Positions 7,830 to 16,376 of a stretch of 32,000 nt of DNA are shown here, piece by piece. Position 1 is the stretch's first letter, and each line of letters starts with the position of its first letter. Made by a program: the position numbers and the translations under genes. The notes beneath the pieces are model-generated. The model saw only the letters and a program-made list of their open reading frames with translations. It was not told the origin of the DNA and ran no database searches. The stretch spans positions 47,647-79,646 of the forward strand of contig JBBIMK010000007.1 in the NCBI GenBank assembly GCA_037444445.1. The letters run 5' to 3'. Source of the DNA: a bacterium. Its GTDB lineage: Bacteria > UBP7 > UBA6624 > JBBIMK01.

Positions 7830-8596
7830 TCCACTTCTTTCAGGTGGAACAGCACGAAAGCGGCAAGGAGGAATACGCCCGTGTAGAAAAAGGAATAGAA
7901 AGTAAGAAGGGTAAAGGGTTTCCATCCCATCACTTCTCCGTATAGAAAAATCGGCGAAAGGTCGTAATAATCAAATGAGGGCAGAAGATAGAGCAGGAAT
8001 TTTGTTATCGCTTGCGAAACGGGTTTCCCATATTTCACTGTCAATTCATAGGCCTCTCTTGTGGTATAGCCCACCACGAAGAGAGCAAAGAAAGAGAAAG
8101 TGCTGACCATAGTGGAGGAAAACAAAGTAGCGAAGAAAACACCCATTGCAGTAAAAAGTGTAACCTGAAGCAGAATCAGAGCCAGCCCCACCCAGAAGCC
8201 CGCAATCCACTGGCGAAAGAGCAGTGCAAACACCCCCTGAAGTGAAAGGGCAGATAAAAGGGTGAAAATCCATACCACACAGCCAATTCCTAAGAAATAA
8301 CCCAGCAGGAAAACCTCCCGGCGGATAGGCTTTGCCAGAAAGAGTTGAATCCCTTTTCCTTCCATCAATCTCCTGAACTCAAAAATGGCAAAATATAAAA
8401 TTAAAAGAAGATTGAAAGATAGAATGCTCAAAAATCCCACTTCCAGGAAAATGCGATAGGGCTCCGTTAGAGAGAGAAGAGTGAGATAGTAAGCAAGAAT
8501 CAGGAAAAATACAAGCAAGAAGAAAAGTCCGCGATAAAATTTCTCTCGCACTGCATTCAAAAAAGTCATTTGAACGATAGAAATGACCTGCTCCAT
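7826..8596 (-). CDS. ABC-2 type transporter permease (NosY/GldF-like)
   Basis: 256 aa with about 6 TM segments. It has an N-terminal cytoplasmic helix followed by a long first TM, as in ABC-2 permeases. It lies downstream of an ABC ATPase gene on the same strand. Confidence 0.7.
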   Translation of the reverse strand: MEQVISIVQMTFLNAVREKFYRGLFFLLVFFLILAYYLTLLSLTEPYRIFLEVGFLSILSFNLLLILYFAIFEFRRLMEGKGIQLFLAKPIRREVFLLGYFLGIGCVVWIFTLLSALSLQGVFALLFRQWIAGFWVGLALILLQVTLFTAMGVFFATLFSSTMVSTFSFFALFVVGYTTREAYELTVKYGKPVSQAITKFLLYLLPSFDYYDLSPIFLYGEVMGWKPFTLLTFYSFFYTGVFLLAAFVLFHLKEVE

Positions 8597-8721
8597 CGGT
8601 TATAATTTTAACAAATTCTCTCCTTCTTATCCGTTGGTTTGAACCGTGCGAAAGCAGGCCGAAATCCGTGCCTTCAAAAAACGCAAGGGTTCACGATTGG
8701 AGTCGCTCTACTGGCAAAAAA

Positions 8722-9462
8722 TTACATCCTCTGAATGACACCGGGGAAGGCAGATAATATGCCCAGGAAGGCATCTTCCAGGGATGATTTTCCCGTCGCC
8801 TGATAAAGTTCGGTTACTGTACCCTGAAAGAGATTCTGCCCGAAGTGAATGATGCAAACCCGGTCGCAAATCTCTTCCACCTCCCCCAGAATATGAGAGG
8901 TAAAGAAAATAGTTTTCCCTTCTTGCCTGAGAGAGAGGAGGAGATTTTTTACATCCTTCCGACCCAGAGGGTCCAGTCCGGAGGCTGGTTCATCCAATAT
9001 GAACAGGTCCTGTGCAGAGAGAAGAGCATTCGCCAGTCCCACCCTCTGCTGTTGGCCTTTAGAAAGAGTGAACAGGGGGCGCTTCCATGCCTCTTCCGGG
9101 AGGTTCACCCTCTTTAGGACCTCCTGCGTCAGGCGGTGAAGGCTCTTGCCATTTCTGCTTAACCTGCCGGAAAAATGCAGGAATTCCAGCGGAGTCAGGT
9201 TGCGAGGAAGGGAAAGAACTTCAGGAAGGTAGCCCACACCCTTCCGCGAGTTGAGGTCGGAAGGAGGTAAGTCGTGCAGAGAAGCAGAGCCTTCGTCAGC
9301 CCGGGCAAGGTTCATCAGAATTTTTATGAGCGTGCTCTTCCCTGCCCCGTTCAAGCCAATGAGTCCAAAAATTTCTCCCTTCTCCGCCTGTAGAGAAAAA
9401 TTCTGTAACGCTTGAACAGAAGAATACTTTTTGGATAGATTCTGAACCTGAAGAACAGGCAT
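8722..9462 (-). CDS. ABC transporter ATP-binding protein
   Basis: Walker A GLNGAGKST, signature LSKGQQQRVGLA, Walker B LFILDEPASGLD, H-loop TSHIL. Confidence 0.92.
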   Translation of the reverse strand: MPVLQVQNLSKKYSSVQALQNFSLQAEKGEIFGLIGLNGAGKSTLIKILMNLARADEGSASLHDLPPSDLNSRKGVGYLPEVLSLPRNLTPLEFLHFSGRLSRNGKSLHRLTQEVLKRVNLPEEAWKRPLFTLSKGQQQRVGLANALLSAQDLFILDEPASGLDPLGRKDVKNLLLSLRQEGKTIFFTSHILGEVEEICDRVCIIHFGQNLFQGTVTELYQATGKSSLEDAFLGILSAFPGVIQRM

Positions 9463-9464
9463 CC

Positions 9465-9507
9465 AGACGAAAAGAGAAGGGGGCTCCCTGAAACTGGAGC
9501 CCCCTTC
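9465..9507 (-). terminator. Rho-independent terminator after the pseudopilin gene
   Basis: Perfect 12-bp stem GAAGGGGGCTCC (9476-9487) / GGAGCCCCCTTC (9496-9507) with an 8-nt loop. On the minus strand it is followed by TCTCTTTTCG. Confidence 0.7.
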
Positions 9508-9523
9508 CGTCAGTGGAATCCGA

Positions 9524-10180
9524 TTAGGTGCCTGAACTGAAGATGTGAATCATCGTGGAAGGTGTATCGGCAGGGTCCGTTCTCCAGTCAGTGCCACCCG
9601 GGTCACCATCGTCAGCGGTGGAGCACGGGTCGTCCACGGTATCCAATTGGATGACAGCGCCTGTGGTCGGTGTGCCCTGTTGGGGTGCCGACTCGCCGTC
9701 TACAGCGATGTCCGTCTCGTTGGCTTCTCTGGCAGGCACAGCACCGAAATAGACGAAACGGTCATTAGCGATACCGTCCCCATTCCGGTCGGCGTTGGAA
9801 TCATCCCCGCCCCCGCTGTCAGTGTCATCCAGCATAAAGCACCCTCCATATTGGTCCACATAGCGAGGAGTGGCGTTGCGTCTCGGAGGCTTATCCATAT
9901 AGGGCCCCTTCCAGTTCGTCGCGCCCAGTGGGTTGGTGAGCAACTGTTGAACGGCATTATCCGTCCCGTCTGTCGGGTCCACTGGCCAGGCGCCCACATC
10001 AGCGAAATATTCCAGAGTGCCTTTCCGGAGGTCCTCCGCCTCGGAGAGATTCCGGGACACACGCCCCTTTCGGATTTGCCCGAACACCTGGGGCAGAATG
10101 ACAGCGGCCAGAATGGCGATAATCGCCACCACCGCAATTAACTCGATGAGAGTGAAGCCCTTCTTCACATTTCTCATCAC
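9524..10180 (-). CDS. GspG/PulG-like pseudopilin (prepilin-type N-terminal methylation domain) with acidic C-terminal extension
   Basis: Prepilin motif KKGFTLIELIAVVAIIAILAAV. GspG-like core LEYFADVGAWP...WKGPYMDKPP. The C-terminal ~110 aa are D/G/T-rich and contain DSNADRNGDGIANDRF (a DxNxDGxxxD calcium-loop-like motif). GGAGG sits 9 nt before the ATG at 10177; the ORF formally opens with GTG at 10180. Confidence 0.85.
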   Translation of the reverse strand: MMRNVKKGFTLIELIAVVAIIAILAAVILPQVFGQIRKGRVSRNLSEAEDLRKGTLEYFADVGAWPVDPTDGTDNAVQQLLTNPLGATNWKGPYMDKPPRRNATPRYVDQYGGCFMLDDTDSGGGDDSNADRNGDGIANDRFVYFGAVPAREANETDIAVDGESAPQQGTPTTGAVIQLDTVDDPCSTADDGDPGGTDWRTDPADTPSTMIHIFSSGT

Positions 10181-10231
10181 CTAACACCTCCTTTTGGATT
10201 TTTTGTTCGCCTTCCGAACATTCTACTTTCA

Positions 10232-10237
10232 ATTATA
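10232..10237 (-). promoter_or_regulatory. Candidate -10 box of pseudopilin promoter
   Basis: Perfect TATAAT on the minus strand, about 50 nt upstream of the start codon. The -35 is poor (TCAAAA at 17 nt). Confidence 0.3.
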
Positions 10238-10299
10238 GTGAGGCAAATATAAATTTTTGATGAAAAAAATATGAAAGAATGATGAATTTTTAATGGGGG

Positions 10300-10980
10300 T
10301 CAGGGTTCAATTTTATACCCTAAACCGCGGACAGTTTTTAAGAGATTGGCGCAGGCGCCGATTTTTTCACGGATGGTTCCGATATGAACATCAATCGTCC
10401 GGTCCAGAATGGCTTTTTCATCCCCGTGCAGGCGGTCTAAAATCTCCTGCCGGTTAAACACCTTGCCTGGATGGCGGGCGAGGATGGCAAGAATCTTGAA
10501 CTCCGTGGGCGTTAGCGAGAGAGATTTTTTTCCACAGCGGGCCTCAAATCGCTGGATGTCTAATTCCAGGTCGCCGGCACGCAGGATGGAAGGCTCTGCG
10601 GACCTGATTTCGGTCCGCCTCAGAATTGCTTTCACTCTCGCCACTAACTCTGCGGGGACGAAGGGCTTGACCAGATAATCATCGGCGCCAATAGCCAGGC
10701 CCTCAATCCGGTCGTAGTCGCCACCCTTCCCCGTAACCATGATGATAGGAAGGTAGGCGGTGCGAGCGTCTGACCGCAACTGCTTGCAGACCTCCGTTCC
10801 GCTCATCCCGGGTAAAAGCAGGTCCAGGATTAACAGGTCCGGGGGCCGACGGCGGATTTCCTCCAGCGCTTCCCTTCCATCGTAGATTTCCTGGGTTAGA
10901 AATCCCTCTTCTTTCATCAAGCTCGCCATCATCAGGCAGAGGTTTTGGTCATCTTCCACCACATAAATCAGTTTCGTCAT
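10300..10980 (-). CDS. OmpR/PhoB-family response regulator (receiver + winged-helix DNA-binding domain)
   Basis: Receiver motifs: VEDD, phospho-acceptor context LLILDLLLPGMSG, and KPF. The C-terminal winged helix carries LT.TEF.IL..LA..PG.V..R..IL, and the protein ends VRGLGYKIEP. No histidine kinase is adjacent. Confidence 0.9.
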   Translation of the reverse strand: MTKLIYVVEDDQNLCLMMASLMKEEGFLTQEIYDGREALEEIRRRPPDLLILDLLLPGMSGTEVCKQLRSDARTAYLPIIMVTGKGGDYDRIEGLAIGADDYLVKPFVPAELVARVKAILRRTEIRSAEPSILRAGDLELDIQRFEARCGKKSLSLTPTEFKILAILARHPGKVFNRQEILDRLHGDEKAILDRTIDVHIGTIREKIGACANLLKTVRGLGYKIEP

Positions 10981-11009
10981 CCCTGTATTCCACCTCCAGC
11001 CTAACTATT

Positions 11010-12032
11010 TCATTTCAGGCTCAGGGAAATGACCTCTGAGGCATCCACGGGAAGGTCGCCGGAATCTGTTCGTAACAGGAGTCGTCCGTCGGGCAGGACA
11101 TCGCGAGCGGTGCCGCGGACTTCCCGCGAATCGCCCAGCAGGATTCGCACCGGGTCACCTAAAAAATCCGCATAGAAACGCCACTGCTCCAGGATGTCCG
11201 AAGCCTTACCCTCTTCCATCGCTCTCACTCCGTTTTCCATCTTCTCTAAAAATACCGCCAGTAACTTCTGTCGTGAAGTCGGACGGCCGAGAATCTCCCG
11301 CAAGGTGGTTACCCGCTCCTGAAGCCCCCCGGGAAAATCTACCAGAGAAGAGTTCACATTCACACCTACGCCAATAATCACATGCTCCAGGTCGCTCTGC
11401 CTGAAGGCGGATTCCACCAGAATTCCAGCAATCTTTCTTCGGGCAAATAGCACATCATTGGGCCAGAGCATGGAGGGGTGAACACCCGTTTCTTCCTCCA
11501 GGGCCTGGGCTAATTTGACACCGGTCAAAAAGGGAAGAAGAGAGGCTGAGGTTGCCTCCAGGGAAGGGAAAAGGATGAGGGAGAGGATGATATTTTTACC
11601 GAAAGGGGAGAACCACTTTCTGCCCCAGCGCCCCATACCTTTGGACTGGTATTCTGCAATCACAATCGTGCCATCGGGAACCCCGCGTTCAATCAACCGA
11701 CGGGCTTCCCGATTCGTGGAATCAATCACCCGGTGGTAGTAGCAGGTTCGGCCATACCGTCTCGTATTCAAAAAGGGAAAATACTGAAGAGGATGGAGGA
11801 TGTCTGGAACGCCGATGAGGCGGTAGCCCACTTTGGAGCGGGCTTCAATCCTGTAATTGAGAGCCTTGAAATACTGGATATCCTTCCACACGGAGGGGCG
11901 TGACAGGCCCATTTTTTCTGCAATTTCCTGCCCGGATACAAATTCCCCCTGACGGCTCAGTAGCGTATTCAATAGTTGAAGTTTTTCATCCGTGATGGCG
12001 AGTTTACCGTCTTTGCCTAACAGGGGGCTCAT
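11010..12032 (-). CDS. birA: Bifunctional biotin operon repressor / biotin-[acetyl-CoA-carboxylase] ligase
   Basis: N-terminal HTH (SGQEIAEKMGLSRPSVWKDIQYFKALNYRIE). Ligase motif QSKGMGRWGRKWFSP (GRGRxGRxW-type). The ATG overlaps the ribH stop as ATGA. Confidence 0.88.
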   Translation of the reverse strand: MSPLLGKDGKLAITDEKLQLLNTLLSRQGEFVSGQEIAEKMGLSRPSVWKDIQYFKALNYRIEARSKVGYRLIGVPDILHPLQYFPFLNTRRYGRTCYYHRVIDSTNREARRLIERGVPDGTIVIAEYQSKGMGRWGRKWFSPFGKNIILSLILFPSLEATSASLLPFLTGVKLAQALEEETGVHPSMLWPNDVLFARRKIAGILVESAFRQSDLEHVIIGVGVNVNSSLVDFPGGLQERVTTLREILGRPTSRQKLLAVFLEKMENGVRAMEEGKASDILEQWRFYADFLGDPVRILLGDSREVRGTARDVLPDGRLLLRTDSGDLPVDASEVISLSLK

Positions 12033-12517
12033 TTGCGACGAATGGCCCGAGAGAGGTGAACCATCTCCAGGCAGACGAGGGCGGCTTCTGCCCCCTTATT
12101 TCCCATTTTTCCCCCCGCCCGCTCCAGGGCTTGCTCCAGAGTATCCGCCGTGAGGACTCCGAAAGCAATTGGAACTTCACTCTCCAGGGTCAATCGAGCA
12201 ATCCCCCGACTGACCTCCGCCGCAATCACATCATAATGAGAGGTTTCCCCCTTGAGGACAGCGCCCAGAGCAATCACTCCGTCCCCTGCTTTCCCGCTCT
12301 TCAGAAGGGTGCGAATCGTAAAAGGAATCTCAAAAGAGCCTGGCACCCGATAAACGGCTATATGTTCCTCCGCTACCCCGTATCTGCACAGAGCATCCAC
12401 CGCACCCTGAAGAAGAGACTCGGTAACCAGCCCGTTGAACCGGCTCACGACAATGCTGAAAGTAAGCCCTGTTCCGTCCATCCGATTTAGGGCAGGACCC
12501 TTATTTCCTTTTTTCAT
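12029..12517 (-). CDS. ribH: 6,7-dimethyl-8-ribityllumazine synthase
   Basis: Motifs VPGSFEIP, GAVLKGETSHYDVIA, FGVLT, ERAGGKMGNKGAEAA. Confidence 0.92.
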   Translation of the reverse strand: MKKGNKGPALNRMDGTGLTFSIVVSRFNGLVTESLLQGAVDALCRYGVAEEHIAVYRVPGSFEIPFTIRTLLKSGKAGDGVIALGAVLKGETSHYDVIAAEVSRGIARLTLESEVPIAFGVLTADTLEQALERAGGKMGNKGAEAALVCLEMVHLSRAIRRK

Positions 12518-12530
12518 AAAAATAGTCGCC

Positions 12531-13751
12531 TCAATCCTCTTCCCATTGGAGTTGAAACAGGTGGCCTAATTTTTCTTTTTTTGCCTTCAGATACTTCACA
12601 TTTTCCTTATTGGGTAAGATTTCCAGAGGGACTCGCTCCACAATCTCCAGGCCGAAGCCTTTCAAGCCGATAATTTTTTTCGGGTTGTTCGTCATCAGGC
12701 GCATTTTCCGCACATTCAGGTCGAGGAGAATTTGGGCGCCGACGCCGTATTTTCGCAAGTCCGGAGGAAAGCCAAGGGCCTGGTTCGCCTCCACAGTGTC
12801 CAGCCCCCTCTCCTGGAGAGCGTAGGCTTTAATTTTATTATGCAAGCCAATGCCACGACCCTCCTGGCGCATATACACGAAAACTCCTTTCCCCGTTTGA
12901 CCTATCTGGGAGAGAGCAATCTCTAATTGCTCCCCGCAATCACATCGCAGGGAATGAAACACATCTCCGGTCAAGCATTCCGATTGGACGCGGACCAGCA
13001 CCGGGTCTTCCGGATGAATCTCGCCCATAACCAGCGCAACATGATGCTGGTGATTGAACTTTTCGCGATAAGCATAAATGGTGAATACGCCAAAAGGAGT
13101 GGGAAGGTGAGCCTGAGAAACCTTTTCAATCAACCTCTCGCGCTGGAGGCGGAATTCAATCAAATCTGCGATGGAAATGATTCGCAGGTGATGCTTCTGA
13201 GCAAATATCTCCAGGTCTGGGAAGCGTGCCATGGTTCCATCTTCTTTCATAATCTCGCAGATAACGCCCGCGGGATACAGCCCGGCCAGTTTAGCCAGGT
13301 CTACACTGGCTTCCGTATGGCCTGCTCGTTCTAAAACCCCACCCCTGCGGGCCTTGAGAGGGAAGATATGGCCGGGGCGCTGAAGGTCCCCCGCCTTCGT
13401 CTCCGGGTTCACTAAAACCCAAATCGTTCGCGCCCGGTCGTAGGCAGAAATGCCAGTCGTAATCCCCTGGCGTGCATCCACCGAAACGGTGAAGGCTGTG
13501 CCATTGCGGTCTTCCATCTGCATATCATTAGACATCAGGGGCAGACCCAGTTCCTCCACTCTCTCCGGAGTCAGTGCGGCGCAAATCAGCCCCCGCGCTT
13601 CACGGGCCATAAAGTTAATGGCCTCAGGTGTAATCTTCTGGGCCGCCATCACCAGGTCGCCTTCATTCTCACGCCCCTCATCATCCACCACAATCACAAA
13701 CCGCCCTTGCTGGATGTCCTCAATGGCATCCTTAATTCGGCTTAATGGCAT
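12531..13751 (-). CDS. ribBA: Bifunctional 3,4-dihydroxy-2-butanone-4-phosphate synthase / GTP cyclohydrolase II
   Basis: The DHBP synthase half has DDEGRENEGDL, GHIFPL and HTEASVDLA. The GTP cyclohydrolase II half has ECLTGDVFHSLRCDCGEQL and YMRQEGRGIGL. Confidence 0.93.
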   Translation of the reverse strand: MPLSRIKDAIEDIQQGRFVIVVDDEGRENEGDLVMAAQKITPEAINFMAREARGLICAALTPERVEELGLPLMSNDMQMEDRNGTAFTVSVDARQGITTGISAYDRARTIWVLVNPETKAGDLQRPGHIFPLKARRGGVLERAGHTEASVDLAKLAGLYPAGVICEIMKEDGTMARFPDLEIFAQKHHLRIISIADLIEFRLQRERLIEKVSQAHLPTPFGVFTIYAYREKFNHQHHVALVMGEIHPEDPVLVRVQSECLTGDVFHSLRCDCGEQLEIALSQIGQTGKGVFVYMRQEGRGIGLHNKIKAYALQERGLDTVEANQALGFPPDLRKYGVGAQILLDLNVRKMRLMTNNPKKIIGLKGFGLEIVERVPLEILPNKENVKYLKAKKEKLGHLFQLQWEED

Positions 13752-13774
13752 TTTCCATTCCCTGCCATCTATTC

Positions 13775-13783
13775 ATTATACCA
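13775..13783 (-). promoter_or_regulatory. Candidate extended -10 promoter element for ribBA operon
   Basis: The minus strand reads TGGTATAAT (TGn + perfect TATAAT), 24 nt upstream of the ribBA ATG. There is no good -35. Confidence 0.35.
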
Positions 13784-13854
13784 GATGCAGGTGAAATTTC
13801 CACCCTGAACTGCCTTTTCCAAATCTCAAAAGTATATTATGATATATAGTAGAA

Positions 13855-13884
13855 TTGAATTCGCAGGATGCGAGACGATAAAAT
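13855..13884 (+). promoter_or_regulatory. Candidate sigma70 promoter for the ferredoxin-NADP reductase gene
   Basis: TTGAAT (13855-13860), an 18-nt spacer, then TAAAAT (13879-13884), about 25 nt upstream of the ATG at 13909. Confidence 0.4.
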
Positions 13885-13908
13885 TTTACCCGGGGGTGGG
13901 GGTGGCGG

Positions 13909-14907
13909 ATGAATAAGTCTTCTGACCTTTATGACATCACCATCGTTGGAGGGGGACCTACAGGTCTTTTCGCAGCATTTTATGCGGGTATGCGGGAACT
14001 CAAGACCAAAATCATTGAGGCCCTGCCAGAACTCGGTGGGCAACTCTCAGTCCTTTACCCCGAGAAGTACATCTACGATGTGCCAGGCTTTCCAAAAATT
14101 CTGTCAAAAGAATTGGTCAAAAACCTGATAGAGCAAGCTATGACCGCAAACCCTACCCTGTGCCTGGAAGAGAGGGCGCTGACTCTCCGGCGGCGAGAGG
14201 ATGGCATCCTTGAACTGGAAACGACCAAAGGGCTTCATATCTCCAGAACCGTTCTCATCGCCGCTGGCGTGGGTGCCTTCTCGCCAAATAAACTCTCTAT
14301 CCCCGATGCAGAAAAGTTTGAAGGGAGGGGAGTGTTCTACTTCGTCCGAGAAAAAGCCCTCCTGAAAGGTAAAAAAATCCTTATCGTGGGAGGGGGCGAC
14401 TCCGCCGTAGATTGGGCTCTCAACCTCAAGGACGAGGCTGAAAAAGTCACCCTCGTTCACCGCAGGGATGTTTTCCGTGCTCACGAGTCCTCTGTGAAAC
14501 AACTCTTCCATGCCGGTATTGACATATTCCTCTTCTGGGAAGTGAAAGAACTTCATGGAAATGAACGCCTCGAGGAAGCACTCATCTTCAACAATAAAAC
14601 CAGGGAGACGAAAGTGTTACCCGTGGATGTGGTCCTGATAAATATCGGATTTAAGGCTGACCCCGGTCCCATCCGGAACTGGCCTGTGGAGTTTGAGGGG
14701 CGTCACATTAAAATCAACGGAAGAATGGAAACCAGTCTACCTGGCGTCTATGCCGCAGGGGACATCGCCCATGACCCTGCCTCCGTGTATTTTGACCTTA
14801 TCGTAATCGGCTACGCCCAGGCGGCAGTCGCAGTGAATTGCGCTGCCAATTACATCAACCCGAAAGCCACCCTTTTCCCGGGTCACTCCTCGGAGCGCTC
14901 CTCATAA
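13909..14907 (+). CDS. Thioredoxin-reductase-type ferredoxin-NADP+ reductase (YumC-like)
   Basis: YDITIVGGGPTGLFAAFYAGMR....IIEALPELGGQL..LYPEKYIYDVPGFPKI is the hallmark N-terminus of type-2 FNR. A second dinucleotide fold is present (ILIVGGGDSAVDWAL), as is the motif GVYAAGDIA. Confidence 0.88.
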   Translation: MNKSSDLYDITIVGGGPTGLFAAFYAGMRELKTKIIEALPELGGQLSVLYPEKYIYDVPGFPKILSKELVKNLIEQAMTANPTLCLEERALTLRRREDGILELETTKGLHISRTVLIAAGVGAFSPNKLSIPDAEKFEGRGVFYFVREKALLKGKKILIVGGGDSAVDWALNLKDEAEKVTLVHRRDVFRAHESSVKQLFHAGIDIFLFWEVKELHGNERLEEALIFNNKTRETKVLPVDVVLINIGFKADPGPIRNWPVEFEGRHIKINGRMETSLPGVYAAGDIAHDPASVYFDLIVIGYAQAAVAVNCAANYINPKATLFPGHSSERSS

Positions 14908-14915
14908 CTTCCGTC

Positions 14916-16340
14916 TCAGGGAACCCCCAGGGCATCCAACTGCTGGTTAGCCACCAGAAGCAGGTAGCGAGCATATTTGGCGTTGTGGACCCCAAAGGAG
15001 CCGTCGTGCTCCACATAATAATAGTTATAACGGGCACGCTTTATCTGAATGGGAATCAGGTCCTGGCCTGTGGCTCCAGAAGAGGGACCACCGTATGATG
15101 AATATTCCCAGGAAAGAGCCCCTTTTCCTTGAATATTCGCCTGCACTCCCCAGGCATCCAGGCGGTTTTTCAAGGTGGCGAGTTTGGCTTCTATGTCGCT
15201 TTTCGTATTCAGCATTCTGGCGGCGGCGTCGCTGATGCTGTGGCAGGGAGAACATCCCTCCAGCCGAATCCTGAAGGTGTGTCCTGTAATTGCCGGGTTG
15301 TCCTCACTTTCATATTCCTTCATAGAAACATGGCAGGTGGCACACTGCCTGGGAGTGAAGCGATGTTCGGAAAGCGCCGGGGAACCCCCGTCTTCCACAC
15401 CCCCCAGCCCCAGGAGAAAGTCCAATTGAACTGAGTAGTGCGCAGCGCGAGAAGTATTCATCGCCAGGCCTGCATCTGTCGGGTCGGCGCCCCGCCGGTT
15501 GTGGCACTGCCCGCATACCTGGTCTATCCGACTATACACATTGATGTCTGTGGAATCTCCACCCTGATAGGGGTCTTGCTCCGGGTCCCAGTATTCTTTA
15601 TGCCTTAACTGGGCTTCTTCACCTTCTGCGGCATTATTCCCGGTAGCCTTGTGAGGGTCGTGGCAAACCGCACAGGTTTGAGCCGTCATCTCTTCCCTGG
15701 TCTTACCCACTAAATTCGGTGAGGCAAGGGCGTTTTCCATGACCATCACCCGGTAATCACCCGAGTGGCAGGGACCGCAGGAAACGAGTCGTGCCGGGCC
15801 ATTCACAGGGTCCGCTAAATATCCAGCCACATGCTCGGTAACTTTCGTGTGAGAGCTAACTTCCCACTCATCGTAGGTGGGATGATGAGCATCCGTGTGG
15901 CATTTCCCGCAAAGACTTGCGGCGAGAATCCCGGGATAGGTGAGAATTTTCGTCTTATCCCCACCAGAACTCACATGTTGCTCTCCAGGCCCGTGGCAGT
16001 TCTCACATTGGACACCCCCCAGCCCCGGGGTAGATGTGGCATCTTTGAAACCGGACTCAAACCCATATCCCAGAGTGTGGCATGACAGGCATTCTGAATT
16101 CGTGCCGAATCCGATTTGCTGTAGACTCGTCAGTGCCTGAGAATGCCTGGTGGTCTGCACTTCATCGTAGATAGTTTGGTGGCAGTTTTTGCAGGTGTCC
16201 GCACCCACATACCTTCCCCCGCTGGGTAGTGGCAGTGTGGGACCTGTCGTTACTCCACCCTGATTACAGGTGACCACCGTGAAAACTGCCAGAATCACCA
16301 GCATCCACATACTTCCACTCACCCTCCATCTCATACCCAA
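14916..16340 (-). CDS. Multihaem c-type cytochrome, 9 CXXCH, probable lipoprotein/surface cytochrome
   Basis: CXXCH x9: CKNCH, CLSCH, CENCH, CGKCH, CGPCH, CAVCH, CGQCH, CATCH, CSPCH. The signal sequence ends AVFTVVT|C (imperfect lipobox). The formal start is TTG at 16340; an ATG at 16334 is also well spaced from GGAGGG. Confidence 0.85.
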   Translation of the reverse strand: MGMRWRVSGSMWMLVILAVFTVVTCNQGGVTTGPTLPLPSGGRYVGADTCKNCHQTIYDEVQTTRHSQALTSLQQIGFGTNSECLSCHTLGYGFESGFKDATSTPGLGGVQCENCHGPGEQHVSSGGDKTKILTYPGILAASLCGKCHTDAHHPTYDEWEVSSHTKVTEHVAGYLADPVNGPARLVSCGPCHSGDYRVMVMENALASPNLVGKTREEMTAQTCAVCHDPHKATGNNAAEGEEAQLRHKEYWDPEQDPYQGGDSTDINVYSRIDQVCGQCHNRRGADPTDAGLAMNTSRAAHYSVQLDFLLGLGGVEDGGSPALSEHRFTPRQCATCHVSMKEYESEDNPAITGHTFRIRLEGCSPCHSISDAAARMLNTKSDIEAKLATLKNRLDAWGVQANIQGKGALSWEYSSYGGPSSGATGQDLIPIQIKRARYNYYYVEHDGSFGVHNAKYARYLLLVANQQLDALGVP

Positions 16341-16376
16341 CTATCCCTCCTTTATCATTTTGGTTTCTTTGAAGTT

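Noticed and set aside
7830-7925. N-terminal 32-aa extension of the TPR-protein ORF (start at 7925).
   Set aside because: The extension overlaps the 3' end of the permease gene in another frame. The internal ATG at 7829 gives a proper signal-anchor N-terminus and an ATGA stop/start overlap.
9545-10141. 198-aa plus-strand ORF, plus the overlapping minus-frame ORFs 9700..10137 and 9999..10232.
   Set aside because: They are antisense or out-of-frame shadows of the pseudopilin gene, whose prepilin motif and RBS identify the true frame. The shadow translations are low-complexity and R/G/P-rich.
13752-13830. Possible FMN (RFN) riboswitch upstream of ribBA. The minus strand reads ...TTCAGGGTGGAAATTTCACC..., reminiscent of the RFN core GGGTGAAATTCC.
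   Set aside because: Only about 75 nt are available. The multi-stem RFN architecture and its conserved 3' half are absent. A perfect extended -10 box sits inside the segment, leaving a leader of only about 20 nt.
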